From Opitutales bacterium (GTDB taxonomy: Bacteria > Verrucomicrobiota > Verrucomicrobiia > Opitutales > Oceanipulchritudinaceae): a DNA stretch of 43,540 nt. A model generated the notes under the pieces. The model made no database searches. It worked only from the letters and a program-made list of their open reading frames with translations, and was not told where the DNA came from. Where the stretch lies: NCBI GenBank assembly GCA_007123395.1, contig SKLD01000077.1, forward strand, positions 1 to 43,540, given 5' to 3'. A program made the translations under genes and the position numbers. Numbering within the stretch: position 1 is the first letter of the stretch; every line of letters begins with the position of its first letter. Positions 36,664 to 43,540 of this stretch are shown piece after piece.

Positions 36664-38223
36664 ATGAGTGCCCCCTCCCTCCATTATTTTCACCCCTCCT
36701 GGATCCAATCCTCCGACAAGACAGTTGATGTCGATGTCTGCGTCTACGGCGGGACTGCCGCCGGAATCGTCGCGGCCCTCACCGCGCTGCGCCGCGGGCG
36801 CTCCGCCGTCCTCCTCAACCCGGGCTGGTTTCCCGGCGGCATGACAACCGGAGGCCTCGGCTGGACCGACCACGGCAAACGCGATGCCATCGGCGGCATC
36901 GCCCGCGAGTTCTACCGCGCCGTCGGCAAGCACTACGGGCAGGACGAAGAATGGCACTTCGAGCCCCATGTCGCGCAAGCCGTCTTCCGGCAGTGGATCG
37001 AAGACAGCGGCCTCGACGTGCGGACCAATGCCTATGTCGACCGCGTCGAAACGGAGGACGGTCGTATCGCCGCCCTCACTTGCCTCGGCGGCCTGCGCGT
37101 GCGTGCGCGGATCTTCATCGACACCAGCTACGAGGGTGACCTCATGGCCCGCGCCGGCGTGCGCTACACGGTCGGGCGCGAAAGCAACGACGCCTACGGC
37201 GAAACCCTTAATGGTCGCCAGAGCCGTCCGACCCACCAGTTTGACTGCTTCGTCGATCCCTTTTTCCGCGAGGGAGACCCCATGAGCGGTCTTCTCCCCC
37301 ACGTCCACGACGAAGAGGATTTTTTACCCGGGACGGACGACCGGCGCGTTCAGGCATATTGCTTCCGTGTCTGCTTGACCGACGACGACGGGCTCCGCGT
37401 TCCCTTTCCCAAACCGCAAGCCCTCGACCCGCGCGAATACATCCTCCTCAAACGCTGGCTCAAGCACACACGGGACGACATCTTCACGAAGTTCGACCGC
37501 CTCGCCAATCCCCGTAAAACCGACACCAACAACCACGGGGCGGTCTCCACCGACTACATCGGTGCCAACTGGAACTGGCCCGAAGCCGACTACGGGACGC
37601 GAGAAACCCTCTTCCAGCGCCACGTCGCCTACCAGCAAGGCTATCACTGGACAATGGCGTTCGACCCGGAGGTCCCCGCCCGCTTCCGCGAACCCTATGC
37701 GCGGTGGGGCCTCGCACGCGATGAATTCACCGAAACCGACCATTGGCCCCCGCAACTCTACATCCGCGAGGCGCGGCGCATGATTTCCACTTGTATTGTC
37801 ACGGAGAACGACTGCCTCGGCCTGCGCGCCGCCGACGACCCCGTCGGTCTCGCCTCCTACCAGATGGACTCCCACAACTGCTGCCGCATCGTGCACGAAG
37901 GCGGCGTTTGCAACGAAGGTGATATCCAAGTTCCGTCGCACGGGCCCTACGGCGTGTCCTACCGGGCCATCGTCCCGGCTCGCGGACAGTGCGCCAACCT
38001 CATTGTGCCCGTCTGCCTTTCCGCCTCCCATATCGCCTACGGCTCCATCCGCATGGAACCCGTCTTCATGATACTCGCCGAGTCCGCCGGCCTCGCCGCC
38101 GACCTCGCCCTCGACGCCGGCTGTGCCGTGCAGGATGTCCCCTACGGCGATCTCCGCCCCGAACTCCTTGCCGCCGGCCACATCCTCGAAGCCCCCGCCT
38201 CCCTCCGCACCACCAAAGCATAG
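36664..38223 (+). CDS. FAD-dependent oxidoreductase (519 aa)
   Basis: The ATG at 36664 gives MSAPSLHYF...VDVCVYGGTAAGIVAALTALRRGRSAVLLNPGWFPGGMTTGGL, an N-terminal dinucleotide-binding fold. The track ORF start at 36310 overlaps the preceding gene and is Pro/Ser/Thr-rich. Confidence 0.85.
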   Translation: MSAPSLHYFHPSWIQSSDKTVDVDVCVYGGTAAGIVAALTALRRGRSAVLLNPGWFPGGMTTGGLGWTDHGKRDAIGGIAREFYRAVGKHYGQDEEWHFEPHVAQAVFRQWIEDSGLDVRTNAYVDRVETEDGRIAALTCLGGLRVRARIFIDTSYEGDLMARAGVRYTVGRESNDAYGETLNGRQSRPTHQFDCFVDPFFREGDPMSGLLPHVHDEEDFLPGTDDRRVQAYCFRVCLTDDDGLRVPFPKPQALDPREYILLKRWLKHTRDDIFTKFDRLANPRKTDTNNHGAVSTDYIGANWNWPEADYGTRETLFQRHVAYQQGYHWTMAFDPEVPARFREPYARWGLARDEFTETDHWPPQLYIREARRMISTCIVTENDCLGLRAADDPVGLASYQMDSHNCCRIVHEGGVCNEGDIQVPSHGPYGVSYRAIVPARGQCANLIVPVCLSASHIAYGSIRMEPVFMILAESAGLAADLALDAGCAVQDVPYGDLRPELLAAGHILEAPASLRTTKA

Positions 38224-38290
38224 GCTCGATAGGGGGGTCGTTTTCCGTGTTCCGTTGACACCGTCGGCGCGAAAATATTCCTGTTTATGC

Positions 38291-41200
38291 ATGAAGTTCG
38301 AACCCCCTTGCATTTCGACCCCTTTGGCGCTTCTCACGTTTATACTGGCGCTGTGCGGTCCTGTTGCGGACGGACGGTCCGTTGTCATCAACGAAGTGAT
38401 GGCCTCGAATGGCTCGACCCTTGCCGACGAGGACGGCGATTTCGAGGACTGGATCGAGCTGTACAACACCGGGGACAGCGCCGTCGACCTCTCGGGCTGG
38501 GGGCTGTCGGACAATTACGGCAGCCCTTTCAAGTGGACCTTCCCCGAGGGCACGGCCATCGAGGCCGGAGCCCATCTTCTCGTTTGGGCTTCCCGCAAGG
38601 ACCGCCCCCGGAGTTCGGACACTGTCACCGCGGGAATCTTGCGCGAAGTGTATTTCAATATTCCGGGCGCGTCCGTAAGTCATCTGGTGAATCATCCCCG
38701 ATACCCCTCGGATCCGGATCTTCGTGAGGTAGTGACCGATTTATTCGAGGCACCCCGGAACATCGCCGACAACTACGGACAAAGGATGCACGGATTGCTT
38801 GTTGCGCCGGCAACGGGAGAATACGCGTTTTGGATTTCCAGCGATGACAACAGCGTTTTGCTTCTGAGCACGGACGAACGGCCGGAGAATGCCGTGGAGG
38901 TCGCAAGTGTCCCCGGCTGGACGGAGCCGCGGGTTTGGGACAAATACAGCGCCCAGATGTCGGCCCCGGTGCATCTGGTTGAGGGGCGGAAGTACTACAT
39001 CGCGGCTCTGATGAAGGAGCAGGGTGGGGATGACAACCTCGCGGTCGGTTGGGAGCGACCGGACACGGGCGAGCCCGAACGACCGATGTCTCTGGACCAC
39101 GTATTGCCGATGCCCCCGGACCTGCACACGAATTACGCCATTTCTGCGGCCGGCGAGGAAATCATCCTGACGCACCCCGACGGCACGCGGATTGACGAAC
39201 TACCGCCGACCCCGATTCCGCGCGACGTTTCCTACGGACGGGTGGGAGACGGATCCGGGGAGTGGGCGTATTTCGCCGAACCGACTCCGGGCTCGGCCAA
39301 CGTGACAACGCCGCTCTCCATGCCCCCCGCCGTTGCGATGAGCGAGTCGGCCGGGTTCCGGGAAAGCCCGTTCGAATTGGTCCTCGAGACAACCGATCCT
39401 TCCGCTGAGATCCGTTACACGTTGGACGGAAGCACACCGGGTCCGGCATCCCCGCTCTACTCCGGCCCGCTGACGGTTTCGCAGACAACCACCCTGCGGG
39501 CCGCCGTGGTCGGCGAGGGGCTGCTTGAGGTACCGCCGAAAACACGCACGTGGATCTTTCTCGAAGACGTCATGGCGCAGAGCGCGGAGCCTCCGCCAGG
39601 CTGGCCGGCGAACCGGGAATTCAATAACAAACGGATATTATACGGCATGCAGAGTGCGATTGTCGACAACGACAGTGTGCGCCTCCGGGATGGCCTGCTC
39701 TCCATCCCTTCGATCTCCATCGTGACGGATTTGCCGAATCTCTTCGATGCGCAGACGGGTATCTATGTGAACGCACGCCGGGTCGGATGGGAACGGCCCG
39801 TTTCGGTGGAGTTGATCGATCCGGACGGTGGGCCGGACGGCGGCTTTCAAGTCGAGGCGGGTCTGCGCATCCGCGGCGCCTACAGCCGCGACGACGACAA
39901 TCCGAAACACTCCCTCCGTTTGCTCTTCCGCACGGCGTACGGCGATTCGCAGCTTCACTTCCCGCTCTTCGGCGACGAGGGCGCGGATACCTTCGACCGC
40001 GTGGACCTGCGCACGGCAAACAACTACTCATGGGCATGGGAGGACAGCGGGCGCAACACGTTCATGCGGGATGTCTTCTCCCGCGACACGCAACTGGACA
40101 TGGGTGCCCCGTCCACGCGCAGCCGGTTTTATCACATCTACCTCAACGGGCAATACTGGGGGCTATACCAGACGCAGGAGCGCGGCGACCGGTTTTTCGC
40201 CTCCTCGTACATCGGCGGCGAGGAGGACGACTGGGCGCGCGTCAAAACGGGCCAACCGGACTACCATATGGATGTCGACGCTTCCGCCGCAGGGCCGTGG
40301 ACAGCGCTCCACCACATCGCCATCAACGAGGGCTTCGAAGGTGCGTTCGCTGATAACTATCACCGTGTCAAGGGGTTGAATCCCGATGGTTCCGACAACC
40401 CGGATTACCCCGTTCTCCTTGATGAGGATAATCTCATCATTTTGACATTGATCGCCCACTACACGGTGGATCCGGACAGTCCGGCATCGTTTGCGTTCGT
40501 CCGTCGACCGAATAACCTGTATGCACTGATCAACTACAAAGATCCTGAAGGGTTCAAGTGGCTTCGGCACGACACCGAGCACTCGCTCGGGGCGCAAAAC
40601 CAATATGGTCCCGGTTACAACATGACCGATGTCGTCGCGGACTGGACGGAACTCCACCGCTTCAATCCGCTCACCCTGCACTCCCGGCTCATCCGCCATC
40701 CGGAATACCGGATGCGCTTCGCCGATCTCGCGCACAGTTACCTCTTCGGAGACGGCGCGCTCACACCGGAGCGTTCCCTTGCAAGGCTCCAGCGGCGTAT
40801 CGACGAAATCGATCTGGCGATCATCGCCGAATCCGCCCGATGGGGAGGCAGGGGAGACGGGCGCGTGCGCACGCGGGAGGGCGACTGGCTGCCCGCCGTC
40901 GGCCAAGTCATCGCTTTTCTTGAGCAACGCCGCGATTACTTCGTTTCGCATTTACGTGCCGCCAATTGGCTCCCGGAGATCGAACCACCGCATCTCGACG
41001 TCAACGACCGGAACCTGGGAATGACGGCGGCGGCGCCCGTTTATTTCACGAAAGACGGCACCGATCCACGCTTGCCCGGTGGCGGCATCCATCCATCCGC
41101 AACCTCTCTTGCCCCGGGGGCGGATGGATCGGTGGCGGCGGATATCATCCTGAACCGTTTCGACCGCATCTTCGCCCGCGCGTACGACGGTTCTGAGTGG

Positions 41201-43060
41201 AGCGTTGCGGCGACAGTCGTGGCAGAGGACGTGCTCGATCCGGATGTTGTCGTCCACGCATGGGATTTCGAGGTCGAGGAAGGCTTTACGGCACCCTCGT
41301 GGACGATGGGCGACGGCGCGATCACGGTGGAACCCGGACCGGAGACGGAAATCGTGCGAAACTCGCCCGCGCAGGACTTCCCCACAGCCCATCTTCGGGT
41401 GAACAATCCGCTCGGCGCGGTGGTCACCTTCGCGCTTCCCACAACCGGATTCGAAGCCGTTACGCTCGATTTTCTCACGCGGCGTTCCGGGCAGGGAGCG
41501 GGCATCCAGACAATCGAATTCACAACCGACGGCGAGGTGTGGCACGAGTTTGCGACGTACGACGTGTTCAATGAGTCTCCGGTGCCAAGGAGTTTCGACT
41601 TCGGCGGTGTCGACAATAGCGGCGATAATCCGGATTTCGCCGTCCGCATCAGTTTCGCGCGCGGAGACGGCGGCGAGGCGGGCAACAATCGCTTCGATGA
41701 TGTAATCCTGCGGGGCATGCCGTTGCCGGACACAAACCTTCCGCCGACGGTGGTCGAGGAGACCGTCCCCGCGACGCTGGCGGCCACGGTGGGAACGGGT
41801 GCGTTCGCCGTGGACGTATCGGATTGGTTCAGCGACCCGGAAGACGACGATCTCACCTTCACAGCCGACTCTTCGGATACGGATGTCCTCACTGCGTCGA
41901 TGGACGGAGCATCAGTGTGGCTGACCCCCTTCGCGACCGGCGGCGCCGTCGTGACCGTGGCGGCGGCGGACGGGCACAATCCGCCGGTGGAGACGAGCGT
42001 TTATGTGCTTGTCTACCCTGAGCCGCATCCCCTCGCGGCCGGCGTGTTCCGTTTCGACGAGTGGAGTGCCGCCGAGCCGTCGGGCACCTACCCGGCGCAC
42101 ATGGTCTTTGTTCAGAGCGGGGTCACCGATCCGGACGTGGATACAGAGCTGCCCTTCGCCTACCACATCCCGTCTGCTGACGCCGCGGCCCCCAGTGATG
42201 TCGACTTCCCCTATGCGGCACAGTCGCGCACCCGCATCACTGGTCTCGGCGAAAGCGGTATCAGCTTCATAAACACGGGTCGCGGCCGTGATGTCGGGGC
42301 CGCTCTCGTGGCTCTTGACACGCGGGGTGTGACTGCCGTCGACGTCTCCTTCACGGCACAGACGATCCTGCCCAACGCACGTGTCTACGGCCTGCGCCTG
42401 CAAGCGCGTGCGGGTGATGCGGGGCCGTGGGAGAATGTGCTCATGGACGGCAGCCCGGTGGAATACGTTCGTAGCGACACGGCGGGCGATCTTGCCGACT
42501 TCGGCCCGGTGCGGTTGCCGGAGACACTGGAAGACCGGCCGCTCGTGCAGTTGCAGTGGCGCTACCACCACATCGGCGTGGCCTCTGGACCGCGCGCCAT
42601 GCTGCGCCTTGACGACATCGCCGTGGCGGCCGTGCCCTCCGGGCCGGGATTCCGCGAATGGGCCGAGGAAAACTTTCCCGATCCGGCGGACCGAAACGAC
42701 CCCTTGGTCTCCGGACCATTCGCCGATCCATTCGCAACGGGAGCGCCTCATCTGCTGCGCTACGCACTGGGGCTCGGTGCCACCGATTCGATACCGGCGG
42801 ATGAGGTGGTTGTTTTCCAGCGGGAGGGTCCCCTCCTTTCTATCATCTTTCCTCGTGACCCCGCGAAGACCGACATTGCCTACATCGTCGAAGCCTCCAA
42901 GGATCTGGCAGATTGGTCTGAAGTCCTCTACGATTCTTCCTCCGACGCGTGGGAAAACAACCTTGGCGACCGGATGCGCGTCGATGACAACACGATTCTG
43001 ACCGGTGAGAACGTGCGTTTTCTGCGGCTGCGTGTTGACGGGGCCGGATTGCCCGACTGA
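38291..43060 (+). CDS. 1589-aa secreted multidomain CotH-family protein (LTD, inserted PA14-like domain, chitobiase/hexosaminidase-C-like domain, CotH kinase-like domain, Ig/cadherin-like repeats)
   Basis: The signal peptide is MKFEPPCISTPLALLTFILALCG. The LTD reads VVINEVMASNGSTLADEDGDFEDWIELYNTGDSAVDLSGWGLSD (nt ~38375-38606). The PA14-like domain reads EVYFNIPGASV...GEYAFWISSDDNSVLLLS...GRKYYIAALMKEQGGDDNLAVGW (nt ~38633-39068). The LTD then resumes with HTNYAISAAGEEIILTHPDGTRID...VSYGRV. EIRYTLDGSTPGPASPLYSGPL follows. The CotH core reads VSVELIDPDG...GLRIRGAYSR...HSLRLLF...RSRFYHIYLNGQYWGLYQTQER. Confidence 0.9.
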   Translation: MKFEPPCISTPLALLTFILALCGPVADGRSVVINEVMASNGSTLADEDGDFEDWIELYNTGDSAVDLSGWGLSDNYGSPFKWTFPEGTAIEAGAHLLVWASRKDRPRSSDTVTAGILREVYFNIPGASVSHLVNHPRYPSDPDLREVVTDLFEAPRNIADNYGQRMHGLLVAPATGEYAFWISSDDNSVLLLSTDERPENAVEVASVPGWTEPRVWDKYSAQMSAPVHLVEGRKYYIAALMKEQGGDDNLAVGWERPDTGEPERPMSLDHVLPMPPDLHTNYAISAAGEEIILTHPDGTRIDELPPTPIPRDVSYGRVGDGSGEWAYFAEPTPGSANVTTPLSMPPAVAMSESAGFRESPFELVLETTDPSAEIRYTLDGSTPGPASPLYSGPLTVSQTTTLRAAVVGEGLLEVPPKTRTWIFLEDVMAQSAEPPPGWPANREFNNKRILYGMQSAIVDNDSVRLRDGLLSIPSISIVTDLPNLFDAQTGIYVNARRVGWERPVSVELIDPDGGPDGGFQVEAGLRIRGAYSRDDDNPKHSLRLLFRTAYGDSQLHFPLFGDEGADTFDRVDLRTANNYSWAWEDSGRNTFMRDVFSRDTQLDMGAPSTRSRFYHIYLNGQYWGLYQTQERGDRFFASSYIGGEEDDWARVKTGQPDYHMDVDASAAGPWTALHHIAINEGFEGAFADNYHRVKGLNPDGSDNPDYPVLLDEDNLIILTLIAHYTVDPDSPASFAFVRRPNNLYALINYKDPEGFKWLRHDTEHSLGAQNQYGPGYNMTDVVADWTELHRFNPLTLHSRLIRHPEYRMRFADLAHSYLFGDGALTPERSLARLQRRIDEIDLAIIAESARWGGRGDGRVRTREGDWLPAVGQVIAFLEQRRDYFVSHLRAANWLPEIEPPHLDVNDRNLGMTAAAPVYFTKDGTDPRLPGGGIHPSATSLAPGADGSVAADIILNRFDRIFARAYDGSEWSVAATVVAEDVLDPDVVVHAWDFEVEEGFTAPSWTMGDGAITVEPGPETEIVRNSPAQDFPTAHLRVNNPLGAVVTFALPTTGFEAVTLDFLTRRSGQGAGIQTIEFTTDGEVWHEFATYDVFNESPVPRSFDFGGVDNSGDNPDFAVRISFARGDGGEAGNNRFDDVILRGMPLPDTNLPPTVVEETVPATLAATVGTGAFAVDVSDWFSDPEDDDLTFTADSSDTDVLTASMDGASVWLTPFATGGAVVTVAAADGHNPPVETSVYVLVYPEPHPLAAGVFRFDEWSAAEPSGTYPAHMVFVQSGVTDPDVDTELPFAYHIPSADAAAPSDVDFPYAAQSRTRITGLGESGISFINTGRGRDVGAALVALDTRGVTAVDVSFTAQTILPNARVYGLRLQARAGDAGPWENVLMDGSPVEYVRSDTAGDLADFGPVRLPETLEDRPLVQLQWRYHHIGVASGPRAMLRLDDIAVAAVPSGPGFREWAEENFPDPADRNDPLVSGPFADPFATGAPHLLRYALGLGATDSIPADEVVVFQREGPLLSIIFPRDPAKTDIAYIVEASKDLADWSEVLYDSSSDAWENNLGDRMRVDDNTILTGENVRFLRLRVDGAGLPD

Positions 43061-43367
43061 CGCGCCCCTTCCAACCCCGTATTCGCCGCCGCCATGGTGC
43101 AGGAGTCCGTTAGCAAAACGGGCACGATTTCAGTCCAGCGGAGTGCGGGTGATCGTGCGAAGGACACGGTGCGCATATCCGGATACTTATCGGAAGTGGC
43201 AGTGTTCGGAGCGAAGTGAGACGCATCTTACCCCTAGTGTTTATGCGGGAGTCGCCTGAAAGGCGCTTGTCATGCGGTCTGCACAGAGGTATATTTTTCA
43301 TATGTAGCCACAATTTTATCTGAGTTCTATTCACTGGATAGCCGGTTTTTGTTTTTCCCGTGGCCAC

Positions 43368-43540
43368 ATGAGTTTTCGGAAGCTTCATCTCGAGATCCAG
43401 CGCCGGGGAAAGAAGGTATACGGGGTCATCCGCTCTTCCTTCCGCCGGGGCGGCAAGGTCTGCCACACCAATCACGGACGTCTCACCGGTCTTCCACTCG
43501 AGCGGCTGAGACTGCTCCAGGCGGCCTTCCGCGGCGACGT
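43368..43540 (+). mobile_element. 5' end of an IS1634/IS4-like transposase gene, truncated by the window edge
   Basis: Manual translation from the ATG at 43368 gives MSFRKLHLEIQRRGKKVYGVIRSSFRRGGKVCHTNHGRLTGLPLERLRLLQAAFRGD. This matches the N-terminal pattern of IS1634-type transposases (x-Y-x-x-L-x-x-S-Y-R-x-x-G-K-V-x-x-x-x-L-x-x-L-G-x-L-x-x-E). It is preceded by an AT-rich stretch at 43200-43367. Confidence 0.45.

Noticed and set aside
37324-38514. 396-aa minus-strand ORF
   Set aside because: It is antisense to the FAD oxidoreductase and to the start of the CotH gene, and it has no motifs.
43110-43475. 121-aa minus-strand ORF at the right end
   Set aside because: It crosses an AT-rich non-coding junction, has no recognisable features, and is antisense to the better-supported transposase start on the plus strand.

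Overview
This is a 43.5 kb high-GC (about 65% by eye) bacterial chromosomal segment. Its gene content looks like a PVC-group (Verrucomicrobiota-like) glycan degrader, but that taxonomic call is inference only. Nearly all long ORFs that oppose the calls below are Arg/Ala/Pro-rich antisense shadows. From left to right the window contains:
- A truncated XylR-type regulator, divergent from katG.
- A tandem array of structured ~136-bp repeats.
- A ~0.7 kb low-GC islet with a small secreted-protein gene.
- A 936-964 aa protein with two FAD-binding modules, with a divergent AraC regulator.
- A divergent HTTM (gamma-carboxylase-like) / PAP2-haloperoxidase-like pair.
- An outer-membrane beta-barrel gene.
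- An orphan fused iron-type ABC permease.
- A PP2C phosphatase.
- A solitary RAYT/IS200-like HUH transposase.
- A 17.3 kb run of nine same-strand, mostly overlapping genes (34239 down to 16938).

The upstream 12.7 kb of that run is the most unusual part of the window. It encodes a minimal 195-aa FtsX permease, two different MacB/LolD-type ATPases, a 978-aa polytopic protein with a ~300-aa charged helical insert, and a 1853-aa fusion protein. The fusion has a signal peptide, a PA domain, two LysM repeats, a degenerate M28-like domain, a helical region, extra TM helices, a complete MacB-like module and a cytoplasmic tail. A 703-aa polytopic protein completes this part. Three cytoplasmic glycan-processing enzymes follow: GH10-like, heparinase II/III-like and Gfo/Idh/MocA.

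Divergent from this cluster are a secreted 712-aa unknown, a second FAD-dependent oxidoreductase, and a 1589-aa secreted LTD-PA14-CotH protein. The window ends in an AT-rich junction and the 5' end of an IS1634-like transposase. No rRNA, tRNA or CRISPR was seen. All functional calls rest on motif recognition by eye; no database search was possible.
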